DNA of 64,000 bases from an uncultured Candidatus Saccharibacteria bacterium (GCA_964639285.1 CAZXCI010000001.1:142305-206304); one strand, 5' to 3'. Counted from the stretch's first letter, positions 47,346 through 57,204 are shown. The notes: a model not told the origin generated them from the sequence alone. Program-made: numbers and translations.

Positions 47346-49063
47346 TGATGAAGACAAGTGTTTCGAGAATTAGGTTTTTGGGCTTGGCCACTTTCGCGGT
47401 GGCTATTTTGTTTGTCATTCGACTTTTTTTTATTCAGGTAGTGCAAGCTGATTACTATTCTGGCTTGGCTGATCGTCAATATCTCCGGCCAAGTGTTGGA
47501 GCCTTCGACCGGGGGAGCATCTTTGCGTTGAAGCGAGACGGGACAATTTTTTCTCTGGCTGGTTTGCGGACAGCCTATATCGTGGCGATTGCCCCTAAAC
47601 AATTAATTGCCAACGGCGTCAAAGCCGAAGAGCTCTACGAGAAATTAAACAAGATTGTGCCAGTTGATAAAGAATCCTTCATGAAGTCGATGGCTAAGGC
47701 AGAAGACCCTTATGAAGAAGTGGCGACAAAAGTTGACCAAGCGACAGCTGACAAGATTAAACAGCTTAACATTAAGGGCGTTAATTTATATAAGCAAAAG
47801 CTCCGATCTTATCCCTTAGGTTCGACGGCCGCTCATGCTATTGGTTTGCTTGGTTATAAGGGTGATGACCTGGCCGGACGTTATGGCCTAGAGCGTTCTT
47901 ATGATGAAATTTTGTCACGCAAAGGAGAGACCACTTTTGCCAATTTTTTTGTGGAGCTTTTCTCGGGTTTAGGGAAAAGCTTGACGAATGATAAAGATAA
48001 TAATCAGGGCGACATTACTACTACCATTGAACCAATTACTCAAAAATTATTGGAAAAAGAATTATCAACGGTTAAGGAGAGATGGCAGGCCGATAGTGCG
48101 GGAGGGATTATCCTTGACCCTAAGACTGGTGAAATTTTTGCGTTGTCGGCCTTCCCCAATTTTGATCCCGGACAGAAACAAACTGATCTTGCTGTTCTAT
48201 CTAATCCTTTGGTTGAAAAAGTTTATGAGATGGGCTCGATTGTCAAACCTTTAACCATGGCGGCGGCCCTAGATGCCGGTGTGGTGACGGAGACAACAAC
48301 TTATGAGGACAAGGGTTGTATAACTTTGAACAAAAAAGAAATTTGTAATTATGATGGTAAGGCTCGCGGAGTGGTGCCGATGCAAGAAATTCTCAGTCAA
48401 TCTCTAAACTTAGGAGCAACCTTTGTTCAGCAGAAATTGGGGCCAGAGCGCTTCCGTGATTACTTTACTGCTTTTGGCCTAGGAGAGCCGACGGGGATAG
48501 ATCTACCGAGCGAAGGTTCGGGTTTGATTAAAAACTTGAAGAGCTCTTATCCGGTAGACTTGGCCAATATCTCCTTCGGGCAGGGGATTGCGATGACCCC
48601 GATTGAGATGACGCGAGCCTTATGCGTGCTTGGTAATGGTGGCTATCTCATTGAGCCTCACTTGGTGAAGAAGATTGATTATCAGAACAAATTATCACGG
48701 GTGATTGAACCTAAGATCGGAGCCCAGGTTATTAAGAAAGAAACAAGCGAGCGTATCACTCGAATGTTAGTGGCGGTGGTTGACAAGAAACTAGCTAATG
48801 GCAAAGCTAAGATGGAGAACTACTCGATTGCCGCTAAGACAGGTACAGCCCAGATTTCTAATCCGGCGACGGGCAAGTATTATCCTGACCGCTACCTTCA
48901 TTCCTTCTTCGGCTATTTCCCGGCTTATGAACCACGTTTTCTCGTTTTCATGTATATAGTGTATCCTAAGGGAGTGCGCTATTCCTCCGAGACCTTGACT
49001 GAGCCCTTTATCAATATTTCCCGATCTTTGTTAAACTATTATCAAGTCCCACCAGATAGATAA
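47345..49063 (+). CDS. ftsI: division penicillin-binding protein (PBP3)
   Basis: RGSIF, YEMGSIVK, S.N, KTGTAQ. Confidence 0.93.
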   Translation: MMKTSVSRIRFLGLATFAVAILFVIRLFFIQVVQADYYSGLADRQYLRPSVGAFDRGSIFALKRDGTIFSLAGLRTAYIVAIAPKQLIANGVKAEELYEKLNKIVPVDKESFMKSMAKAEDPYEEVATKVDQATADKIKQLNIKGVNLYKQKLRSYPLGSTAAHAIGLLGYKGDDLAGRYGLERSYDEILSRKGETTFANFFVELFSGLGKSLTNDKDNNQGDITTTIEPITQKLLEKELSTVKERWQADSAGGIILDPKTGEIFALSAFPNFDPGQKQTDLAVLSNPLVEKVYEMGSIVKPLTMAAALDAGVVTETTTYEDKGCITLNKKEICNYDGKARGVVPMQEILSQSLNLGATFVQQKLGPERFRDYFTAFGLGEPTGIDLPSEGSGLIKNLKSSYPVDLANISFGQGIAMTPIEMTRALCVLGNGGYLIEPHLVKKIDYQNKLSRVIEPKIGAQVIKKETSERITRMLVAVVDKKLANGKAKMENYSIAAKTGTAQISNPATGKYYPDRYLHSFFGYFPAYEPRFLVFMYIVYPKGVRYSSETLTEPFINISRSLLNYYQVPPDR

Positions 49064-49066
49064 AAC

Positions 49067-50371
49067 ATGAAAAGAGTTATCAAATTAATCATCTCCACCA
49101 TTCTCCAATTTGAGGCGCGTTTGGTCCTTAAGAAATATAAGCCTAAGATTATCGGGATTACTGGTAGTGTGGGGAAGACCTCGACCAAAGATGCCATTGC
49201 CTCTGTCCTCGGCAAGAGCTTGTCGGTGCGAGCGAGTGAGAAGAGTTACAACAGTGAGGATTTTGGCATTGCCTTGACAGTTCTTGGTTGTCATTCGGCT
49301 TGGAATGACCTCTTTGGTTGGGTGGAGATTATGATTTATGGTTTGGTCTTAATAATTTTCAAAAGAGATTATCCGGCTTGGCTAGTGCTTGAAGTGGGAT
49401 TAGAATATCCGGGCGAAATAAAAAAAATTCTTAAGTGGGTTAAATTTGATTTGGCGGTTATTACTCTTCTGCCCGATGTCCCGGTACACGTGGAATTTTT
49501 CAAAGATAAAGAAGAGGTCATTAATGAGAAAATGCTTCTAGCTAAGTCGGTACCGGCTAGTGGTCAGGTTTTCTTAAATGCTGATGATCCTAATTCTTTA
49601 AAATTTTTATCCGAAATTAAAGCCGAGGTCTCGACGCTTGGTTTTTCTTCCCAAGCCGATTATCAAGCTCTTGCTCCGGCAATTACTTATCGACTTGAGG
49701 GCGAAAACTCTGTCCCGACCGGTTTAACCTTTGAGCTCAAGCGTAATGAAAAGAATTTGGTTGTTCAGGTCGGAGGGGTTGTCGGTGAACACCAAATTTA
49801 TCCTGTTCTCACGGCTCTGGCTGTGGGAGATAAGCTTGGCCTCAAGATGATAGAGATGATTTCTTCTCTTAGCGAATATCAGCCACCAGCCGGGCGCTTA
49901 AGATTGATCACGGGGATTAAAGAAACAATGATTCTTGATGACACCTATAACGCTTCGCCTTCAGCTGTCTCAGCTGGTCTCGTCACCCTTGGTAACTTTG
50001 TGGTGACGGGACGGAAGATTGCTGTTCTTGGTGATATGCTCCAATTGGGCAAATATACTGTCGAGGCGCATAAAGCAATTGGCTATCAAGCTAAAGAGAT
50101 CTGTGACCTGGTGGTAACGGTTGGTTTGCGTTCAAAATTTATCGAAGAAGCCTTGCGGGAGAAAAAATTTGGCGAACGCAAGATGAAACATTTTGCTGAT
50201 TCGGTAGAAGCGGGGGAATATGTGCAGAAGATCATGAAAGCTGGAGATCTTATCTTTGTTAAGGGTTCGCAGGGGATGCGAATGGAGAAAGTAGTAGAAG
50301 AGATAATGGCCGAGCCAGACAAGAAAGAAAAACTCTTGGTGCGCCAGGAACGCGAGTGGCAGAAGTGTTAG
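49067..50371 (+). CDS. murF: UDP-MurNAc-tripeptide--D-Ala-D-Ala ligase
   Basis: GITGSVGKTSTK, DDTYNASP, LGDM, KGS. Confidence 0.92.
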   Translation: MKRVIKLIISTILQFEARLVLKKYKPKIIGITGSVGKTSTKDAIASVLGKSLSVRASEKSYNSEDFGIALTVLGCHSAWNDLFGWVEIMIYGLVLIIFKRDYPAWLVLEVGLEYPGEIKKILKWVKFDLAVITLLPDVPVHVEFFKDKEEVINEKMLLAKSVPASGQVFLNADDPNSLKFLSEIKAEVSTLGFSSQADYQALAPAITYRLEGENSVPTGLTFELKRNEKNLVVQVGGVVGEHQIYPVLTALAVGDKLGLKMIEMISSLSEYQPPAGRLRLITGIKETMILDDTYNASPSAVSAGLVTLGNFVVTGRKIAVLGDMLQLGKYTVEAHKAIGYQAKEICDLVVTVGLRSKFIEEALREKKFGERKMKHFADSVEAGEYVQKIMKAGDLIFVKGSQGMRMEKVVEEIMAEPDKKEKLLVRQEREWQKC

Positions 50372-50402
50372 TCTCTCGAATTAAATTTTCATAAAAACAT
50401 TT

Positions 50403-50434
50403 AGCCCCCGGAACGATAAATCGTTCCGGGGGCT
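50403..50434. terminator. hairpin / bidirectional terminator
   Basis: agcccccggaacgat-aa-atcgttccgggggct. Confidence 0.7.
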
Positions 50435-50644
50435 GGGCACAAGGCCACTTATTAGGAGAATGCCTGTATTTTAGGGTTTTGGAATCTGTTTGCCATCTTA
50501 GCATAACCAAAATTGTTTGTCAAACCTAGAGAGCCTTATCTTAGCTAAGTTTAGCTGAGGTTACCTGTTGCTCGGAAAAGGCTTAGATGTTACTATATTT
50601 TAGTCGAGTTTAATGAATTTGGTTTATCCCCAATAAATTTTATT

Positions 50645-50719
50645 GGCCCTATCGTCTAACGGTTAGGACATCGCCTTCTCAAGGCGGTAATCAGGGTTCG
50701 ATTCCCTGTAGGGTCACCA
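50645..50719 (+). tRNA. tRNA-Glu(CTC), CCA encoded
   Basis: GGCCCTA/TAGGGTC acceptor stem, CTC anticodon, GGTTCGATTCC T-arm. Confidence 0.96.
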
Positions 50720-51318
50720 TGTTCACCACTGCGCAAGTTATCGCTTTGCTCCAGACTTATGGTTATTTGTTAATTTTCCCAATTGCTTTCGTCGAGGGGC
50801 CAATTATTGCCATCCTTTGTGGTTGGTTCTCGGCCTTAGGGATCCTCAATATTGTTGTTGCTTATGTCCTTCTCATTGTGGGCAACTTGGCAGGGGATGC
50901 TTTTTATTATTCTATTGGTTATTGGGGTGGGCCCCCTCTGATCAAAAAATGGGGGCATTGGTTAAGGCTTGATCTCGATAAGACGATGAAACTAAAGGGC
51001 CACTTTGATAATCACGGCGGTAAGATCCTTTTGTGGGCTAAGCTGGCACCAGACATGACGACAACTTTTATTTTAGCTGGAGCTGGTTTGGCTAAATATA
51101 ATTTTAAACTCTTTTTTCGCTACGGCTTGATGGTCGAGATACCGAAGACGGCTATTCTACTGACTATTGGTTATTTTGTCGGTGATGCTTATCAGAAGAT
51201 TGTGGTCTATCTCGATTACGTTGGAGCGGCCACTTCTATTCTCTTAGCTTCTGTAATTGCTTTTGGACTTTTTTATTATTGGCAAAAGAACAAGAAAAAA
51301 AATAACAGATGCATATAG
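50719..51318 (+). CDS. DedA/VTT family membrane protein
   Basis: YGY, EGP, GDAFYY.IG, F..HGGK. Confidence 0.88.
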   Translation: MFTTAQVIALLQTYGYLLIFPIAFVEGPIIAILCGWFSALGILNIVVAYVLLIVGNLAGDAFYYSIGYWGGPPLIKKWGHWLRLDLDKTMKLKGHFDNHGGKILLWAKLAPDMTTTFILAGAGLAKYNFKLFFRYGLMVEIPKTAILLTIGYFVGDAYQKIVVYLDYVGAATSILLASVIAFGLFYYWQKNKKKNNRCI

Positions 51319-52514
51319 CTATTTTTTCTGATACTTTCTATCCCAATCTGGGCGGGCTTGAGGATTCTACGGCCATTCTGGCTAAAACGTTAGGTGAAGA
51401 AGGGCACCAGGTGCATCTTTGTGTCCCAAATTTCTCAGAACAAGACTTCTCTCGTCGAGGGCTACCTTTTGAGGAGATCGACCTTGGGCCCAATGTTAAG
51501 ATTTCGCGTCTTTTTGCTCTACCTCTTCCAAAGTGGCTTTTGAGTGCGCGCTTGGCGATACCAACTTTGACCGGCTATCGTCTCTTGAAGAGGGATCGGC
51601 CAGATATCATCCATACCCAAACAATTTTTAGTCTTGGCCTCGAGGCCCTCTGGGCAAGCTCTCTCCTTAAGATTCCCCTAGTCGGCACTAACCACAGTAT
51701 CATCTCAGAGTTTGGGGCTTATTTTCCTTTTGCCAAAAAAGCTTTTGTTAAATTTTTTGTCTGGTATGAAATTTGGTATTACAACCACTGCACTCTTTTC
51801 TCTGTTCCTTCTCAAGTTGCTCTCCTGGTGATGCAGAAAAATGGGATCAAGCGCGAAGGAATCTTTATTTCTAATATTATTGATACTAACAACTTTCGGC
51901 CTCAAATGTCTATTGATAAGGATAAATTGAAGGGAGAGTTTGGTTTGGCTTCTCACCCCGTTGTCTCTTTTGCCGGACGCTTTGCCATTGAGAAAAAAGT
52001 TGATATTCTCCTGCGAGCGATTCTCCTTGTCCGAGGACAGATCCCTAGAGTTGTCTTGGCTTTAGCGGGCTTTGGATCAGAACGAGACAATTGGGAGAAA
52101 TTGATTCGGGACCTTGGTTTGCAAGATAATGTGAAGTTTGTCGGTGCTCTCGATAAACCACAATTAGTCAAACTCTTCCAAGCTTCAGACGCTTTTGCTA
52201 TCGCTAGCTCGATTGAATCACAAGGGATGGTTGCTCTCCAGGCCATGGCCTGTGGTTTGCCGGTTGTTGGCGTCAATGGCCGGGCCTTGCCCGAATATGT
52301 GAATGAAGAGAATGGTTTCATCGTCCCGGTTGATGATTATCATCAGATGGCCGAAGCCTTGGTAAGGTTATTAAATAATCCGGCCCGTTCGCGTGAGCTT
52401 GGACAAGCGGGGAGAGAGAAAGTTCAGAAATATTCTAAACAAAATATCATCAAAGAATGGACAGCTCTTTATCAACAAGCGATCTCTAATTTCTCGGCGG
52501 GGGAAAATAAATAA
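51309..52514 (+). CDS. glycosyltransferase family 4
   Basis: IAIFSDTFYP, GRFAIEK, ESQGMVALQAMACGLPVV. Confidence 0.93.
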   Translation: MHIAIFSDTFYPNLGGLEDSTAILAKTLGEEGHQVHLCVPNFSEQDFSRRGLPFEEIDLGPNVKISRLFALPLPKWLLSARLAIPTLTGYRLLKRDRPDIIHTQTIFSLGLEALWASSLLKIPLVGTNHSIISEFGAYFPFAKKAFVKFFVWYEIWYYNHCTLFSVPSQVALLVMQKNGIKREGIFISNIIDTNNFRPQMSIDKDKLKGEFGLASHPVVSFAGRFAIEKKVDILLRAILLVRGQIPRVVLALAGFGSERDNWEKLIRDLGLQDNVKFVGALDKPQLVKLFQASDAFAIASSIESQGMVALQAMACGLPVVGVNGRALPEYVNEENGFIVPVDDYHQMAEALVRLLNNPARSRELGQAGREKVQKYSKQNIIKEWTALYQQAISNFSAGENK

Positions 52515-52515
52515 G

Positions 52516-53256
52516 ATGAAACTTAGCATCGTTATTCCCGCTTATAATGAGGAAAAAGGTTTAGCTATTTGTTTGCAAAAAATAGTGGATCAAGTCTTGA
52601 CTTCAGAGCGGGAAATTGAAATTATCTTGGTAAATAATGCGAGCACTGACAAGACGGGAGAAATTGCCCGGTCTTTTGATAAAGTTAAAGTTGTTGATGA
52701 AGAAAAAAAGGGACTAGTTAGAGCCCGTCAGGCCGGCTTCCTCGCTTCAACCGGCGATCTGATCGCCAACGTTGATGCTGACAGCATTATTCCTGATGGT
52801 TGGATTGAGAAGATTTTTATTGAGTTTGAGAAAAACCCTAACCTCGTCGCTCTCTCTGGCCCTTATTTTTACTATGACTTACCTCAATGGTTTAATCTCG
52901 CTTCTAAAATTTATTATTTTTTTGGTTTGGTTTTCACTTATCTTAATCTCAATTCTGCTCGCCATGGGGCGATGCTCCAAGGGGGGAATTTTATCTTGCG
53001 TCGGACGGCCTTAGAAAAGATTGGTGGTTATCGTTTCGAAAAGTTTGATTTCTATGGCGAAGAAACAGATGTGGCCATGCGAATTTGCGAAGTTGGTAAA
53101 ATTAAATTTACTTTTGCTCTCCCAATGGTCACCTCTGGTCGGCGGATGTCTGAGGAGGGGATTTTGCGAGTAGCTTGTCGCTACGCTGTAAACTTCTTCT
53201 GGACTATCTTCTTCAATCGGCCATATACTAAGCAAAACGCGGATATCAGGAAATAA
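52516..53256 (+). CDS. glycosyltransferase family 2
   Basis: SIVIPAYNEE, NNASTD, DAD, GEE. Confidence 0.93.
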   Translation: MKLSIVIPAYNEEKGLAICLQKIVDQVLTSEREIEIILVNNASTDKTGEIARSFDKVKVVDEEKKGLVRARQAGFLASTGDLIANVDADSIIPDGWIEKIFIEFEKNPNLVALSGPYFYYDLPQWFNLASKIYYFFGLVFTYLNLNSARHGAMLQGGNFILRRTALEKIGGYRFEKFDFYGEETDVAMRICEVGKIKFTFALPMVTSGRRMSEEGILRVACRYAVNFFWTIFFNRPYTKQNADIRK

Positions 53257-53445
53257 AAGACCCCACCTTTTTAGGGGTGGGGGGAGATAAAGACGGGTGG
53301 ATCCCAAGAGTTGTAGCTATGAACTACCATGGCGACAGGGGAAGGGGAGGGGAGGAAGTGGGGGGGGAAACCTGCCACCAAGATAACAGCTCCATAACCC
53401 TTGAGTCCACCACAAAAAAATGAAAAAAACGATTTATTAGGTCTG
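53255..53445 (-). ncRNA. candidate small RNA: long hairpin with C/U-rich loop
   Basis: TTGACA(53473-78)/TAGCAT(53451-56) promoter, imperfect hairpin 53296-53411, terminator 53261-53282; no credible ORF. Confidence 0.55.
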
Positions 53446-53518
53446 ACCCTATGCTACCAGATTTGAATTTTTTGTCAAGGGGTTGGGGGGAAGTTTGTCT
53501 TTTGCTATAATAAGCGCA

Positions 53519-54580
53519 ATGAACACTATTGTTTTTGTTATTATCCCGTTGGTTGGGGGCTTTGTTCTGGCCCTCTTCGCTTTCAAATTTTTGGTTTCTA
53601 AAAAGGAGGAGGGGAAGGGGGATAATGGGGCGATGATGCTTCTTCAAAATCAGATTGAGAATCTCACCAAGGCTCTCGATAACCGCTTACATGAGTCAAC
53701 CAAACTTTCAAGTGAGAATGCTCGGGCCCAATTCAACGAATTTTCGCGCTTGTCGCGTGAGGTGACGGAGAAACTAGTACGTCTTGAAGAGACCAACAAA
53801 CAGGTCGTCAATTTTACTGATCAACTCCAATCACTACAAGATATTCTCAAGAATCCTAAGCAGAGAGGAATTGTGGGCGAATATTACCTCGAGACTTTGC
53901 TTAAGAATATTATGCCACCGGGTTCGTATCAGATGCAATATTCCTTTCCTGATGGCACAATTGTGGATGCTGTCGTCTTTGTAAAAGACAAAATAATCCC
54001 GATTGATTCTAAGTTCTCGCTCGAGAATTATAATCGAATTGTGGGAGAGAGGAATGAGGCCGAGAAAGAAAAATACGAGAAAATTTTTATAAATGACCTG
54101 AAAAACCGCATTACTGAGACGGCCAAATATGTTCAGCCTGATAAGGGGACGATGGAGTTTGCCTTCATGTTTATCCCCCACGAAGCTATTTATTATGATT
54201 TGCTAATTAATAAAATTGGGGCTCTTCAGGATGAAAATACCGAGAATTTGATTCAACGGGCCGCCTCCAAATATCACGTAATTATCGTTTCTCCGACATC
54301 TTTCTTGGCCTATCTCCAGACCGTCCTCCAGGGCCTCAAAGCCCTCCAGATCGAAGAATCGGCTAAGGAGATACGTAAGCGGGTGGAGGAGCTAGGCAAG
54401 CATATTGGGGCCTATGAGGGCTATATGGCTGATTTGGGCAAGACTCTCGGCACCAGTGTTAATAAGTATAATTTAGCTTATAAAGAGCTTAAGAAGGTAG
54501 ACAAGGATGTTCTTAGGGTTACAGGCTCTTCGGCCGGCTTTGAGCCTCAGGCTATAGAGAAGCCCAACTTGGAGGACTAG
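53519..54580 (+). CDS. rmuC: DNA recombination protein RmuC
   Basis: TM plus coiled coil, K.RG..GE, IDSKF, FAFMFIP, VSPT. Confidence 0.93.
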   Translation: MNTIVFVIIPLVGGFVLALFAFKFLVSKKEEGKGDNGAMMLLQNQIENLTKALDNRLHESTKLSSENARAQFNEFSRLSREVTEKLVRLEETNKQVVNFTDQLQSLQDILKNPKQRGIVGEYYLETLLKNIMPPGSYQMQYSFPDGTIVDAVVFVKDKIIPIDSKFSLENYNRIVGERNEAEKEKYEKIFINDLKNRITETAKYVQPDKGTMEFAFMFIPHEAIYYDLLINKIGALQDENTENLIQRAASKYHVIIVSPTSFLAYLQTVLQGLKALQIEESAKEIRKRVEELGKHIGAYEGYMADLGKTLGTSVNKYNLAYKELKKVDKDVLRVTGSSAGFEPQAIEKPNLED

Positions 54581-54629
54581 GGCAAGGAGGCCTTGATTTC
54601 CTTAATCTTTTGTGTATAATATTAGGGTT

Positions 54630-54941
54630 ATGTTTGCTATTATCGAAACAGGAGGAAAGCAGTACAAGGTCGCCGCTGGTGACTCTTTAAAGGTGGAAAA
54701 ACTGGCTGAAGCGAAGGAAAAAGGGGAGGTTGTTTTCGACAAAGTTCTCATGATCGCCGATGGCGACAAGGTCAAGGTTGGCACCCCTTATCTTGAGGGA
54801 GCGACGGTTACCGCCAAGTTTGAATTAGAGGGCCGAGCTAGGAAAATCACTATTATCAAGTACAAGGCTAAGTCCAATTACCGCGTCAAACAGGGTCATC
54901 GCCAAACTTTTACTAAAGTCAAAATTGAAAAAATCGCCTAA
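54630..54941 (+). CDS. rplU: 50S ribosomal protein bL21
   Basis: [18 protein letters not shown]. Confidence 0.98.
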   Translation: MFAIIETGGKQYKVAAGDSLKVEKLAEAKEKGEVVFDKVLMIADGDKVKVGTPYLEGATVTAKFELEGRARKITIIKYKAKSNYRVKQGHRQTFTKVKIEKIA

Positions 54942-54973
54942 GGGGCGATTTTTTCAATCTGCCTGGTGGAGTT

Positions 54974-55612
54974 TTAGCTACGGTTTTTGAGGGCATTTTT
55001 GATAGTCTCGGGGTCAGCGTACTCGAGCTCGCTCCCCGTGGAAAGACCTCGGCCAAGAAGAGAAATCTTGAGGCCTGCCCCAGATGGAGTCGGGGGATTA
55101 GTTACGTTGCGTAATTTATTGATCAACCAGTCAGTGGTATGGTCACCTTCGGTAGTGGCCGAGAGAGCAATGATTACTTCTTTTAGTCCGTCTTCTTTCT
55201 GCCGTCTTTTTAGTTCCTTTAAGAGGGGAAAAAAACGAATATGGTTCTCTGGTTCGGGGTCAAGAATAGGGACATTGCCACCAAGGACAAAATAATAGCC
55301 GTTATAAATCTTGGCCCTCTCGATGGCATCGAGATCAATATCTTTCTCGACAATAAGAAGACTTGATTTGTCTCGTTGTTCATCAGCACAAATTTTGCAT
55401 TTATCAGTCTGAAGTGGATAACCATTACTGAAGAAGCGACCACAGGAGAGGCATTGCTTAATATCTTTCTTAATATTTTGAACCTTCTCCCCCAGCTGAT
55501 TGAGATAATTTTGATCAGTTGATAATAAATAATAGACAAAACGTCGGGCTTGGCGAGGACCGATACCGGGGAATTTTTTAAACAAATCAGTTAGTGAATT
55601 TATTGTTTCCAT
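54974..55612 (-). CDS. recR: recombination mediator RecR
   Basis: PGIGPRQA.R, C4 Zn finger, TOPRIM EGD.T, ELEYAD. Confidence 0.95.
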   Translation of the reverse strand: METINSLTDLFKKFPGIGPRQARRFVYYLLSTDQNYLNQLGEKVQNIKKDIKQCLSCGRFFSNGYPLQTDKCKICADEQRDKSSLLIVEKDIDLDAIERAKIYNGYYFVLGGNVPILDPEPENHIRFFPLLKELKRRQKEDGLKEVIIALSATTEGDHTTDWLINKLRNVTNPPTPSGAGLKISLLGRGLSTGSELEYADPETIKNALKNRS

Positions 55613-55622
55613 TTTTGCCTTC

Positions 55623-55744
55623 GGGGCAAGAAATGTTGTTTTTAAAAAGTCCTCGGATCTCCTCACTTTGTTCGGCCAGACATTTTAAAAAAACAACATT
55701 TCTTGCCCCTTCGTTAAATTTTAAAGTCCTCGGATCTCCTCACT
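55623..55744. repeat. hairpin element with GTCCTCGGATCTCCTCAC core plus a partial second copy
   Basis: Core 55649-55681 inside IR ggggcaagaaatgttgttttt/aaaaacaacatttcttgcccc; partial core 55723-55744. Confidence 0.8.
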
Positions 55745-55751
55745 TCTATTT

Positions 55752-57107
55752 TTAAAAACTGCCAAAATCTCCCTTTTCAATATCTGAAAAACTGGTGCGG
55801 GCGGAGTCGAAATAAAGTTCGGCTTTCCCGGTTGGGCCGTTGCGGTGTTTCTCAATGAGAATCTCGGTAATACTCTTCTTCTCATTAGTATCTTCATCTT
55901 TCTCTCGATGGATGAAGAGGACGACGTCGGCGTCCTGCTCAATCGAACCAGAGTCGCGGAGGTCCGAGAGACGGGGTCGACCGCCACGTTGCTCGACGGC
56001 GCGGTTGAGCTGGGAGAGAGCAAGAACGGGGACATCAATCTCGCGGGCCAGAGCCTTAAGTGAACGAGAGACTTCGGTGATTTGCTGGACGAGGGAGTCT
56101 GTCTCCTTGCGGGGGACCATGAGTTGTAAGTAGTCGACAATGATTAAGCCTAGTCCGTGTTCGGTCTTAAGTTTGCGGGCCTCCGACTTCATACGCAAAA
56201 TATTGTTTGATGGTTCATCGTCAATGAAGATGGGAGCTTGAGCAAGGGAGTCCATCGCATCACGTAAACGAGCGAAGTCCTCGTCGGCGCGGACAGCGCC
56301 AGTGCGCAATTTCCACGAATCGACAAAACTCTCGGCGGCGAGCAGGCGGTCGGTTAATTGTTGGGTGCTCATTTCGAGAGAAAAGATACAGGTGGGAACT
56401 TTGTTGCGACAAGCGGCATGACGGGCAATATCTAGAGCCAAAGAAGTTTTACCCATCGATGGTCGAGCGGCCAAGATAATGAGGTCAGACTTTTGTAACC
56501 CGGCCAATTTGCTATCAATATCACGGAAGCCGGTGGAGACACCGCGAAGAGAGCCGTCAGTCTTGCTTAAGTGGTCGAAGCGTTCCCAAGCTTCAGAGAG
56601 AGCCTCTTTGATGTTAGTAACTTTCTTGTTGGCATAGGATCCAAGATTAAAAATAATTTTTTGGGCGCGGTCTAAGATATCGGTGACATCTTCGTGTTCA
56701 CGATAACCCAGTTCGGAGATCTGATCGGCTGAACTAATGAGTCCGCGGAGAGCTGCCTTCTTGTGAACTAATTCGGCGTAGTGCCTGATATTAGAAGCAG
56801 AGGGAACTTTGTTAGCCAGTTCGGCAATATAACTAGAGCCGCCCACACTCTCTAATTGCCCTAGATCCTTAAGCTTAGATGAAACCGAGACAAGGTCTAC
56901 TGGTTGACCGACATCTGAGAGGTCGAGCATGGCATGATAAATCTTCTGATTACGGGTGGAGTAAAAATCTTCAGGTTTTAAGAAATCAGCAATCTCGCCC
57001 AGGACCTTGGGGCTAATCATAATTGATCCGAGCAGAGCTTGCTCGGCATCACCGTCATTGGGGGGGATTCTCAATTTTGTGTTAGTAAAAGCCGGCTTGG
57101 TAGGCAT
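55752..57107 (-). CDS. dnaB: replicative DNA helicase
   Basis: AARPSMGKT, DYLQL, LSQLNR, DSGSIEQDAD, KHRNGPTG; no intein seen. Confidence 0.98.
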   Translation of the reverse strand: MPTKPAFTNTKLRIPPNDGDAEQALLGSIMISPKVLGEIADFLKPEDFYSTRNQKIYHAMLDLSDVGQPVDLVSVSSKLKDLGQLESVGGSSYIAELANKVPSASNIRHYAELVHKKAALRGLISSADQISELGYREHEDVTDILDRAQKIIFNLGSYANKKVTNIKEALSEAWERFDHLSKTDGSLRGVSTGFRDIDSKLAGLQKSDLIILAARPSMGKTSLALDIARHAACRNKVPTCIFSLEMSTQQLTDRLLAAESFVDSWKLRTGAVRADEDFARLRDAMDSLAQAPIFIDDEPSNNILRMKSEARKLKTEHGLGLIIVDYLQLMVPRKETDSLVQQITEVSRSLKALAREIDVPVLALSQLNRAVEQRGGRPRLSDLRDSGSIEQDADVVLFIHREKDEDTNEKKSITEILIEKHRNGPTGKAELYFDSARTSFSDIEKGDFGSF

Positions 57108-57204
57108 GCTCTTATTCTACCATAGGGCGAAACTTAAAAGAAAAGCCCCAAAATCGCATAATTACCAGCAATTTGGGGACAAAAAGTGTACAAGCTGTTT
57201 CCAT

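Noticed and set aside
53324-53647. 107-aa minus-strand ORF
   Set aside because: Antisense to the rmuC start and runs through a promoter and the low-complexity hairpin; the ncRNA reading fits better.
55752-57107. Intein in DnaB
   Set aside because: Normal length (451 aa) with contiguous motifs.
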